The translations under genes and the position numbers were made by a program. Source: a virus. From it: 64,000 nucleotides of DNA. The notes beneath the pieces were generated by a model, which saw only the letters and a list, made by a program, of their open reading frames with translations, had not been told where the DNA came from and did no database searches. Shown one piece after another: positions 1 through 8,287 of the stretch (the first letter of the stretch is position 1; the number at the start of each line of letters is the position of its first letter). The DNA is taken from positions 1 to 64,000 of the IMG/VR virus record IMGVR_UViG_3300028920_000004; one strand, written 5' to 3'.

Positions 1-8
1 GGGAGAGG

Positions 9-200
9 ATGTTCAGAACCGACTACATAGATAAGCTACATTTACATTATCCAGAAGCAACATTTATTACTGTGAGAGCAAATAAAGACGGGCTTCAGTT
101 TTGCGTTTTTACTGAAGATGAAAAAACTGGTGGATTAAAAATATTACACGAGGGTAATAGAGCCATAGGTATAGTTCAGGGATTTAAGTTAAAACACTAA
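9..200 (+). CDS. Small hypothetical protein
   Basis: ORF with GAGG SD upstream. Confidence 0.6.
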   Translation: MFRTDYIDKLHLHYPEATFITVRANKDGLQFCVFTEDEKTGGLKILHEGNRAIGIVQGFKLKH

Positions 201-207
201 TAGGACA

Positions 208-223
208 GGAGGTCATAGATGAA
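208..223 (+). repeat. GGAGGTCATAGATGAA motif (SD + TAG + ATG), copy 1
   Basis: Identical 16-mer at 208, 424 and 727; 15-mer on - strand at 62034-62048. Confidence 0.85.
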
Positions 224-434
224 ATATCTAAAATGGCTATGGCGGACAATTCAGCGGATAGAAGGCGTTGTAGCTCAACACGAACATTCAATCTACATCC
301 GTTGTAATAATTGCACAAAATGGAGTATAAATAAACCCGATGAATTTCAATGTGGTTGTTGCGGGAGTTGGCATACCACAGAATATTATCCAGTAAGAAA
401 TAATTATCGGCAACCACGACAAGGGAGGTCATAG
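219..434 (+). CDS. Small Cys-rich (zinc-ribbon-like) hypothetical protein
   Basis: CNNC ... CGCCG; its stop codon is the TAG inside the repeated motif. Confidence 0.65.
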   Translation: MKYLKWLWRTIQRIEGVVAQHEHSIYIRCNNCTKWSINKPDEFQCGCCGSWHTTEYYPVRNNYRQPRQGRS

Positions 435-439
435 ATGAA
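424..439 (+). repeat. GGAGGTCATAGATGAA motif, copy 2
   Basis: Exact repeat. Confidence 0.85.
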
Positions 440-716
440 GAAGAAAATAAATTTACTTGTAATTCATAAAGATTGTCCTAAGTGGATAAAGGGGCTTAAC
501 AATAAAAAAGAAATACGATGGCAACAATTACTCTGGCTATTAGAAAGGCATACCGATTTAAAGGAATGTTGCCGTTATTTTTTCGGAGCTAATTCATTAC
601 AAAATATACTTAATGAGCCAATACAATATTGTGGATATTGTGGAAGAAGGCTTAATAAAAAGGATTTTAGGTTTCTTAATGACCATTTTACAGAGTTATA
701 TGTAATCCAAAAATAG
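435..716 (+). CDS. Hypothetical protein with Cys pairs
   Basis: ECC ... YCGYCG; strong SD. Confidence 0.65.
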   Translation: MKKKINLLVIHKDCPKWIKGLNNKKEIRWQQLLWLLERHTDLKECCRYFFGANSLQNILNEPIQYCGYCGRRLNKKDFRFLNDHFTELYVIQK

Positions 717-726
717 GTTTAATTGA

Positions 727-742
727 GGAGGTCATAGATGAA
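727..742 (+). repeat. GGAGGTCATAGATGAA motif, copy 3
   Basis: Exact repeat. Confidence 0.85.
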
Positions 743-1250
743 TATAGAATATAAAAGAGGGTGGCTAACTTCTTTAAAATTATTAGTGGTTTTATTGGTA
801 GCTACTTTAGGTTGGCTTTGGGGGAGAGGATTTCCTGGAGTTATGAGATTTTGGCTTCCTATTATTATAGCGGTTACTTGTTTGATTTCAGAAGTAATAC
901 AAAAAAGAGAATGGAAGTGGAAAACTTTTTTCTTATATAGTGGAATGGTTGGATTAGCTTATGGTTTGATGAGTTTATTTGCCTATGGAGCAGGAAGTTG
1001 GTTAAGACCTTTAGGAGTAATACCTCAAAGATTTATAGTAGGATTTATGTGGTCTATTCCTTATATTATAATAGCGTTTGTAAATAATTGTAAAAAAGTT
1101 TGGATATTGTTTGGATTACATTTAATAATATGTACTTTATTTATGGGAATTATTGGAGGGTTTGATTTGCTTCCTGCTCCTGCACAAGAAGCTCTTACAA
1201 GGGGCATTTTAGCATTATTACCTCCATTTATGATAATATGGAAGGAATAA
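738..1250 (+). CDS. Multi-pass membrane protein
   Basis: About 5-6 hydrophobic segments. Confidence 0.75.
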   Translation: MNIEYKRGWLTSLKLLVVLLVATLGWLWGRGFPGVMRFWLPIIIAVTCLISEVIQKREWKWKTFFLYSGMVGLAYGLMSLFAYGAGSWLRPLGVIPQRFIVGFMWSIPYIIIAFVNNCKKVWILFGLHLIICTLFMGIIGGFDLLPAPAQEALTRGILALLPPFMIIWKE

Positions 1251-1253
1251 AAA

Positions 1254-1424
1254 ATGAGAATATTTTCTAGATATGAAAAAAATGATATACCAAGGTGGGG
1301 ATATATAATGTTTTTCCCTTTAATTTTGGGATATTTTCTATTATTAGGAATATTGTTTATAGTATATAGTATAGTAGGAATTGTCTTTAATTGGGTAGCT
1401 TGGTTTGGTAGGAAATTTTGTTAA
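1254..1424 (+). CDS. Small membrane protein, 56 aa (not in ORF track)
   Basis: MRIFSRYEKNDIPRWGYIMFFPLILGYFLLLGILFIVYSIVGIVFNWVAWFGRKFC; starts 3 nt after upstream stop. Confidence 0.6.
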   Translation: MRIFSRYEKNDIPRWGYIMFFPLILGYFLLLGILFIVYSIVGIVFNWVAWFGRKFC

Positions 1425-1458
1425 GTATAAAAAAGTAAGAAAAAAACCCTTGACAACC
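1415..1458 (+). repeat. 44-bp direct repeat copy 1 (A-tract UP element plus -35 box)
   Basis: ATTTTGTTAAGTATAAAAAAGTAAGAAAAAAACCCTTGACAACC identical to 2471-2514. Confidence 0.9.
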
Positions 1459-1479
1459 TACTATGTTATATGGTATAAT
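1450..1479 (+). promoter_or_regulatory. Consensus sigma70 promoter with extended -10
   Basis: TTGACA-18 bp-TATAAT with TGn before -10. Confidence 0.85.
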
Positions 1480-1526
1480 ATAATTGTAGGATATATCTTA
1501 ACCTAAAATCTATATAGAAGGATGTT

Positions 1527-1862
1527 ATGAATATACTAAAAAAGATGATAGTTACAATTTTTCCAAATAAGATAAGGAACAAGTTTTTTTTAGAATCTTT
1601 TATGGAAAAAAAATTATCAGGAGTGGCTTATTATTTATATGGAGCAGTTCCAGTTTTAGGAAATATAGCTAATGGAGAGTATTATGATAATAAAGGTCAT
1701 TTTATTAGAGAGATTGTGTTTGTAGGGATAGAAGATAGTAAAATGAAAGCTAATTTTTGGATTAGAGAAGAGGATATAATAGATTGGTATGTTAATGGAA
1801 GTCCTATTCCAAATTTTTCTAAACGTAGGGATAAATATATGAAAGAATACTTTAAAGTTTAA
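1527..1862 (+). CDS. Hypothetical protein
   Basis: ORF directly downstream of promoter, AGAAGGA SD. Confidence 0.65.
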   Translation: MNILKKMIVTIFPNKIRNKFFLESFMEKKLSGVAYYLYGAVPVLGNIANGEYYDNKGHFIREIVFVGIEDSKMKANFWIREEDIIDWYVNGSPIPNFSKRRDKYMKEYFKV

Positions 1863-1880
1863 ATAAAAGGAGGTAGAATA

Positions 1881-2129
1881 ATGGAAAAGGTATTAGCAGT
1901 TATAAAGAAAGTGCTAGATTGGGTAACTAATGTTGGTGCTGGTGTAATAGATGTGGCACAAGCAATAGTTAAGGTACTTAAAGGTGTTGTAACTTTAGTG
2001 GTAGATATACTTTGTCCTATTTTTGGCGATAATTTTGATAATGTAGTTTATAAAGTTAGAGATGTTATCAATGTAGTAGATGATGTGTTGGAAAGAATAA
2101 AGGATATAATGCTTAAATTGGGAAAGTAA
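1881..2129 (+). CDS. Amphipathic, Val-rich small protein; possible -1 frameshift extension to 2320
   Basis: Strong AAGGAGG SD; ends TTG GGA AAG TAA. Confidence 0.75.
   Translation: MEKVLAVIKKVLDWVTNVGAGVIDVAQAIVKVLKGVVTLVVDILCPIFGDNFDNVVYKVRDVINVVDDVLERIKDIMLKLGK
2120..2126 (+). other. Candidate programmed -1 ribosomal frameshift site G GGA AAG
   Basis: Same heptamer as the lambda G-T site, correctly phased before the stop; -1 frame open for 64 codons. Confidence 0.5.
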
Positions 2130-2434
2130 AAGGGATTTTCAGTCTTTTATTTTGGTTAGCTCAATTTAAATTTTTTAGAGTAAAATTTGGAAAATATTAT
2201 TATTGGATAGTTACTAATAAAAAGAGATTGGAAATCAATGATGAAGATAAGATAGGAAATATGAAGTTGGTTTGTAAAGGTTCACCGCCAAATGTTCGGT
2301 GTGAATGGAAGGCATTATAATGGAAAAAGGTTATTAAGTAATAACAGTCTATATGTTTAAGAAACATATCAAAACCTAAAAAGTAAAGCTTGGTTATGCT
2401 TGAGGGCTTATGAATATAAGTCCTCTTTGCTTTG

Positions 2435-2466
2435 GAGAGGGAAATAAAATTCCCTCTCTTTTTTTT
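2435..2466 (+). terminator. Rho-independent terminator
   Basis: GAGAGGGAA-ataaaa-TTCCCTCTC followed by T8. Confidence 0.85.
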
Positions 2467-2470
2467 GTCT

Positions 2471-2514
2471 ATTTTGTTAAGTATAAAAAAGTAAGAAAAA
2501 AACCCTTGACAACC
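2471..2514 (+). repeat. 44-bp direct repeat copy 2
   Basis: Identical to 1415-1458. Confidence 0.9.
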
Positions 2515-2535
2515 CCCTTATATGTATGGTATAAT
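2506..2535 (+). promoter_or_regulatory. Consensus sigma70 promoter upstream of packaging operon
   Basis: TTGACA-18 bp-TATAAT, extended -10. Confidence 0.85.
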
Positions 2536-2591
2536 ATAAGTAGAGGTAAATAATAGCATAATTATGTTTATTTTTAAAATAGGAAAGATAA

Positions 2592-3281
2592 ATGAGTCGT
2601 AAACCTAATAAAACCAAAGACTTACAAGAAACTATAGAAAAATATAAATTTAATGGAATAGGTCTAACTACTACAGAAAAGCGTAGAGGCGGTAAAATAT
2701 TTAGAGATTATTGTAATGTTTATCATATAGATAAACTTAGCGATTTAGAACTTTTGAATGAATTGGTTTGGAGAGAAATAATACAACAGCGTTATAAGAA
2801 GAAAATTGGAGACCTTTCCAAAACAAAGAGAAGTAAAAGAGGCGAAAAAAATAAAATATCTACAGAAATAGTGCCTAAGAGATTAGTAGATGAATTAAAT
2901 GATAATCTTAAAAATATTGTGGATTTGAAAGATAAATTAGGATTAATGCAAGGTGAAGAAGGTAATAGCGTTTACGATTATATCGAAGATTTAAAAGAGA
3001 GATTTAGAAAATATAGAGAAGAAAATATAGAAGAATTTATGATTTCTTGTCCTTTTTGCGGAGAGGAAATAGTTCTAAATTTAAGAACTGATAAATATAA
3101 AGCTTCAAATTTAAGACTTTTTAAAAACAAAATATTGTGTAATAAAGAATTGTGGTTGCTATATAAGAAAGAAGGAAAAATCACAAAAAAAGATATGGCA
3201 AAGGTTTTAAATGTTTCTACAGATTATATTGATTGGTTAGATTCTCATATCTATAAAGAAGATAAAAAACAACTTTCCTAA
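2592..3281 (+). CDS. Putative terminase small subunit
   Basis: Immediately upstream of TerL; basic, helical, C-terminal HTH-like ITKKDMAKVLNVS. Confidence 0.5.
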   Translation: MSRKPNKTKDLQETIEKYKFNGIGLTTTEKRRGGKIFRDYCNVYHIDKLSDLELLNELVWREIIQQRYKKKIGDLSKTKRSKRGEKNKISTEIVPKRLVDELNDNLKNIVDLKDKLGLMQGEEGNSVYDYIEDLKERFRKYREENIEEFMISCPFCGEEIVLNLRTDKYKASNLRLFKNKILCNKELWLLYKKEGKITKKDMAKVLNVSTDYIDWLDSHIYKEDKKQLS

Positions 3282-3340
3282 CTTTCTGCGTTTTAAGTTC
3301 ATTTCTTAGTTTTTCAATTCTTTTATCCCCGAAAAAATAT

Positions 3341-4960
3341 ATGCTAAAACATAAACTTACAGAAGAAGAGCTTTCTTTTATAGAACAATGGCACAATCCT
3401 AAATGTGTGATAGAAAGTCTTTGTCCTAATTTTGATAATTTGAGTAGTTTTAAAAGTAATAGAAATGACAAATTACATCTTTATCAAATTCCTATGATTT
3501 CTAAAGAAAGTATGATAAATTTTGAAGCTACAGCTAAATTACATAATTTAGATGAAAAAGGGAAATTTAAATTAAAGAAAAATGTTGGTGAAATTTATAA
3601 TGTTGGAGCAAGGGCATATGGTAAGACCCTTTGTTCTTTACGTTTAGATATTTTACATTCTCTATTACATGAAGAAGAATTAAATTCTACTATTTTTTCT
3701 ATTGATGAGAAGAGAATCCGAGGAGTATTAAATCCTGTAAAAAGGGCTTGTGAATTTCATCCTATAATAAAAGATTGGGAGGTTGGTTGTAGATTTAAAC
3801 CTTCTATAGAGATGGAAAGTAAGAAGACAGGTTGGAGAATTTTAGGAATTAATTTAACTATTAAAGGAAAGTCTCCTGGAGAACAATGGTATCAAGTCCA
3901 TTGTGATAAAACTTGGGGAGAAGAAGTTTCATTTGAAAGTGATGATATATACAAAAAAAGAAGAGAATCCGAAGGAAAGTATGGAACTATTAATCGCCTT
4001 GCTGGAATGACTAATTTTACTTTACATTCTCCAATGGGAAAAGTATTTAAGGATTCTAAGAAGAAAAAATTTGTTTTAAATTTGCCGAGATATGTAAGTC
4101 CTTATTGGGATTCCGAACAAAGGGAAAATGCTGAAAAAGATTATGGAGGTAAAAAAACCTCCAAATATAAAATTTTTGTTGAAGGCGAAATAATAAAAGA
4201 TGCCGAGACAGAAATAGATATGGAAATGATAGAGCCTTGTTGGAACCGCAAAACAGAAATAAAAAGATTTGAGATTGACAAGAAAGATTTTAAAAGATTT
4301 AGAGATTTGATAGTGGTCGAGAGACCTAAATGCGATAGACTTTTTATAAGTGCAGATATAGGAGAAACTTCTGGTACTGATATAAATATTTTTGCCGAAA
4401 AAGGTGAAAGATATAAATGGCTTTATAACATAATAATATATGATAGAAAATTAGAACACCAAGAAGAAATTTTTAAATATTTAGCAGAAGAGCTTGAAGC
4501 TAATGTAATTGCTTTAGATAATGGTGAAGGATTTGGTAGAGTTCTTTCTGACCATTTGATAGAAAAGTATGGTAACGAAAGGGTTTTAAAATATGATGGT
4601 AATGTTAAAGTTAAAGTAGGTTATCAAAAGGATAATAAAGGAAGACCTAAAGTAGATAAAAAAGGAAAATTGGTTTATAGAGAAGAAAGAATGAGAGAAT
4701 GGGGAGTTAGTAGGATTAAAACTCTTCTCTATGGAGGAAGGTTATTACTTCCCAAAGATTATAAATTAGAAAATCAATTAACATATGTAGTTTCAAGAAT
4801 GTCTGGAAATAGAAAAATATATGAATGTTTTTCTGATACTGGAGACCACTTATTTGATTCTTTGGTAATTTTTGGAGTTTCACAATGGTATTTTGGAGAT
4901 TTTAATAAAACTAAACCTATAAAAAAGAAAAAGGCAAGAGGTATTTCAACAATATTTTAA
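3341..4960 (+). CDS. terL: Terminase large subunit
   Basis: Walker A GARAYGKT, Walker B-like WGEE, RNase H-like ISADIG / ALDNG / DHLFDSL. Confidence 0.8.
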   Translation: MLKHKLTEEELSFIEQWHNPKCVIESLCPNFDNLSSFKSNRNDKLHLYQIPMISKESMINFEATAKLHNLDEKGKFKLKKNVGEIYNVGARAYGKTLCSLRLDILHSLLHEEELNSTIFSIDEKRIRGVLNPVKRACEFHPIIKDWEVGCRFKPSIEMESKKTGWRILGINLTIKGKSPGEQWYQVHCDKTWGEEVSFESDDIYKKRRESEGKYGTINRLAGMTNFTLHSPMGKVFKDSKKKKFVLNLPRYVSPYWDSEQRENAEKDYGGKKTSKYKIFVEGEIIKDAETEIDMEMIEPCWNRKTEIKRFEIDKKDFKRFRDLIVVERPKCDRLFISADIGETSGTDINIFAEKGERYKWLYNIIIYDRKLEHQEEIFKYLAEELEANVIALDNGEGFGRVLSDHLIEKYGNERVLKYDGNVKVKVGYQKDNKGRPKVDKKGKLVYREERMREWGVSRIKTLLYGGRLLLPKDYKLENQLTYVVSRMSGNRKIYECFSDTGDHLFDSLVIFGVSQWYFGDFNKTKPIKKKKARGISTIF

Positions 4961-4977
4961 TATTAGGAGGAACTAAA

Positions 4978-5208
4978 ATGGCAACTAAATGGTTGGATGC
5001 TCCATTAAGCGAATATGTATATCATAAATCTGCTGAAGCTGAAAGTGGATATGATTATCACCTTTATATTCATCCTAAAGGGCAAGCTATAATAATGAGA
5101 GAAACTATTGCTACTGGAGATATACAATATGCTGACGGAGGCATAGATGGTGCGAATTGGAGTGATAGAGCAACACAAGATTATGTCAACTACAATAATT
5201 TAGGATAA
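4978..5208 (+). CDS. Small virion-associated hypothetical protein
   Basis: AGGAGG SD; head-module position. Confidence 0.6.
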   Translation: MATKWLDAPLSEYVYHKSAEAESGYDYHLYIHPKGQAIIMRETIATGDIQYADGGIDGANWSDRATQDYVNYNNLG

Positions 5209-5228
5209 TTGTATAAGGAGAATAAAAT

Positions 5229-6344
5229 ATGTCTAAAGAATATAAACTTAATCCAAGAACAGGAAAATTTAATAGGGTAGATGATGATAATAAAGGTTTT
5301 AGAAAATCTGATTATCCTTTTTACAAAAATTGGAGATATATAGATTTAGCAGATACTAATCCTTTATATGTAGTTTTCAATGCAATATGTCATGATAGTC
5401 AAAATCTATATTTAGGAGGAGTACCAGGAATAGTAAAAGTAAATTTATCTGACTATACCAATGTATCTAATAAAGATGTAGGTATGATAGTTTTAAATGT
5501 TTCTACAGATAACAGTTTATTATATATGATAGGGATGAATGGAGCCGATAGATTATTTAAAGTGCTAGATTTATCAGATTTTACTACATTAACATCTTTA
5601 AATATAAATTCTATATTGAAAGATGGAGCCTCTGCATATGCTGGAACTATGGCTATAGTAGGAAGAGAAGTATATATATTTGGAAACGGCAAAATAGCTA
5701 AAATAGACCCTATAGACTTAAATATAGATGCTACAGTAGATATTGGAGCTATAGATTCTGATTTTGCAAATCAAGGTGGACATGATATTTTTCAATATGG
5801 TAACTATTTATTTGTAATATCTTCTGGTTCTTCAAATGGAAAAATTGCAAGAATTGATTTAGGAGATTTTACTGCGAATGGGATAAGTATTTTAGATTGT
5901 ACAGAAACTTATGAATGGTTAAAGAATTTTACCAGTTTTTTTGTAGCTGGAAAATATGCTTATGTTGCAGGATATAATGGAGTAATAGGGAAATTAGATA
6001 TAGAAAAATTTGTAATTAAAAAATATGTAGATATTTATGCTGTAAGCAATACTTTATGGAATATGGTAACTACATTTACCGATGGGAGATATGGGTATTG
6101 TATTTCTGACCAAAAATCTATAATGAGAATAGATTTGATGAATTTTTCTCAAGATAGTGTAGAATTTTATGATTATTCTACAGAAGTAAATCCGAAGGGG
6201 CTTTTTTATCATTTTAATGATGTAACAGTAGTAAATAATTATGCTTATTTTGCTCCTGAACAAGAATATCAAAAATATCCAGGAAAACAACAAGATTCAG
6301 GAAAAGTAATAATATATCCACTTAATGATGGAAAGAAAATATAA
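5229..6344 (+). CDS. Beta-propeller-like protein with N-terminal LNPRTGKF motif
   Basis: Repeating beta-strand units (YLY..IVKVNL, GKIAKID, GKIARID, IMRID). Confidence 0.6.
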   Translation: MSKEYKLNPRTGKFNRVDDDNKGFRKSDYPFYKNWRYIDLADTNPLYVVFNAICHDSQNLYLGGVPGIVKVNLSDYTNVSNKDVGMIVLNVSTDNSLLYMIGMNGADRLFKVLDLSDFTTLTSLNINSILKDGASAYAGTMAIVGREVYIFGNGKIAKIDPIDLNIDATVDIGAIDSDFANQGGHDIFQYGNYLFVISSGSSNGKIARIDLGDFTANGISILDCTETYEWLKNFTSFFVAGKYAYVAGYNGVIGKLDIEKFVIKKYVDIYAVSNTLWNMVTTFTDGRYGYCISDQKSIMRIDLMNFSQDSVEFYDYSTEVNPKGLFYHFNDVTVVNNYAYFAPEQEYQKYPGKQQDSGKVIIYPLNDGKKI

Positions 6345-6577
6345 TGAGAATAGAAAATGATAAACTTTTACATATATTAGTAAGTTTTGGACTTTTCATG
6401 TCCTTTCATTTCTTTTTGGGAATGGGGATAATATTGTCGGCAAATTTAACTTTATTAATTGGATTATTAAAAGAATTTTGGGATATAAGAGGAACAGGAT
6501 TTAGTCCAAAAGATTTACTAGCAGATTTAGTTGGAATATCAATACCTTTAATTATTGCTTTAATACTAAACAAATAG
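6344..6577 (+). CDS. VanZ/YfiM-like small membrane protein
   Basis: DKLLH ... KEFWD ... DLLADLVG. Confidence 0.65.
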   Translation: MRIENDKLLHILVSFGLFMSFHFFLGMGIILSANLTLLIGLLKEFWDIRGTGFSPKDLLADLVGISIPLIIALILNK

Positions 6578-6586
6578 GAGAGATAA

Positions 6587-8287
6587 ATGGCAGAAGTACA
6601 ACAAGTAAATTATGTAGATTGGTTATTGAATGTTTTATCTGAAAAAATAATAGTTCCTAAAGAATTCCATAGTAGAGTTAAGGACGTAAAGGAATTATTA
6701 GAAGATGATGTTTCAGGATTAGTAGATACTTTGACTGATTTTGCAGTAGATTCAGCATCAAAAGGATTTGCCATAGAAAGTAATAATGATAATCTTAATG
6801 AAATTTTAAACAAATGGATTACAGAAATAAATAAAGATTATAGAGGAAGAGTGCCAGTAGGTTTAGATTCTTTAGCGAAAGAATATTTTAAAGAATATTG
6901 GAAATATTCTTCCTTTCCTGTATTAAAAGTTATAGATTGGAAAGCTTATGATGGAATATTGTTACCTACTAAAATGTTTTTTGTAGATGGTGGTAGCATA
7001 TATTCTCAACAAAAAGAGGATGGAAAAAAACTTAGCTTATTAAGTTATGATTATTATATAGGAAAACCTCAGAAAGATGGTAAAAATAAAATAGGAGATA
7101 ATGCCATATTTTCTAGGGCTAATGGAAGATGGTTCGATGAATATCCAGTACCTTTTATTATAAAGAGAGGTATTTATCATAATTGGAAAATTGTAGAAGA
7201 TTTGAAAAAGAAACAAGTAAAAGTATTAAATGAAGTTATCCCTTATTTATTATGGATTAGTAAACAAGACAATTCTGCTGAAGGTGATAAATATGATGAT
7301 GGGGATTTAAAAAAAGTTGCAGAAGATATGAGAGATTTACTAGAAAAAATGAAAGATTCTACAAGTAAAACCAGAACTCCTGCAAGAGTTAGCGTTAATG
7401 AAGATTTGAAACATCTTATTCCAGATTTATCGAATTTATTTAGTATAGAATTATTTGCTCAAGCAGAAAGAAATATATTAGCTGGTCTTGGTTTCATTGA
7501 TATAGTAGAGGCGGTTACGACTTCTCGTAGAGAATCTATATTAAATCCTAAAGCTTTTATACAAGAAGTTAAAACAGGAACAGAGGATTTTGCAAATGTT
7601 TTACAACAACTTTTATTTATGATTCAGGAAAAAAATGAGAAAAATAAAAAATATATGTCTTCCAAGTTTTATATAAATAAACCTTATGTATCTATATTTC
7701 AGACTGGAGAATTTAAAAATCAATTAATGCTTCTGTGGAGAAATGGGCAACTTTCTGATAAAACTTATTGTGAAATAGTCGGAGAAGTGGAGTTTGGAAG
7801 AGAGAAGCGAAGAAGAGAACAAGAAGCTAAAGATGGTACGGAAGTTACTATGTACCCTCATATTACTCAAAATAATGAAGACAAAGAAAGTTACCAGGAA
7901 AAACTTAGACAAGAAAAATTTGAAGATATAGATAAAAGAGGAAAGCCTATTCCTGATGACAAAACAGACCCTACAGAAAGAAAAGAAAAATATGATATGA
8001 GCAAAGTAGAACTTAAAGGTTCTCCTTATGATACTATCAAAGAACTACCAAAAAGTGTGAGAAATAATATGACCTTATCGCTTCAAAGAACTTTTTTAAG
8101 GGTATTTAATGAGGCTTATAAAGAATATGGAAATGATAGCAAGGCTTTTAGAACTGCTTGGAATATTATAAAGAAAATAGCTAGGAAAAATGACAAAGGA
8201 AAGTGGGTTAAAAAAGCTTCTAGGCTTAAAGTAACTAAATTAGATATAGTCCAAGCAATAAATGAAAATAAAGGAGACCAAAAGTAA
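6587..8287 (+). CDS. Portal protein with C-terminal ChaB-like domain
   Basis: Size and position before protease; C-terminal PYDTIKELPKSVRN...FLRVFNEAY...AFRTAWNIIKK matches ChaB pattern. Confidence 0.7.
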   Translation: MAEVQQVNYVDWLLNVLSEKIIVPKEFHSRVKDVKELLEDDVSGLVDTLTDFAVDSASKGFAIESNNDNLNEILNKWITEINKDYRGRVPVGLDSLAKEYFKEYWKYSSFPVLKVIDWKAYDGILLPTKMFFVDGGSIYSQQKEDGKKLSLLSYDYYIGKPQKDGKNKIGDNAIFSRANGRWFDEYPVPFIIKRGIYHNWKIVEDLKKKQVKVLNEVIPYLLWISKQDNSAEGDKYDDGDLKKVAEDMRDLLEKMKDSTSKTRTPARVSVNEDLKHLIPDLSNLFSIELFAQAERNILAGLGFIDIVEAVTTSRRESILNPKAFIQEVKTGTEDFANVLQQLLFMIQEKNEKNKKYMSSKFYINKPYVSIFQTGEFKNQLMLLWRNGQLSDKTYCEIVGEVEFGREKRRREQEAKDGTEVTMYPHITQNNEDKESYQEKLRQEKFEDIDKRGKPIPDDKTDPTERKEKYDMSKVELKGSPYDTIKELPKSVRNNMTLSLQRTFLRVFNEAYKEYGNDSKAFRTAWNIIKKIARKNDKGKWVKKASRLKVTKLDIVQAINENKGDQK

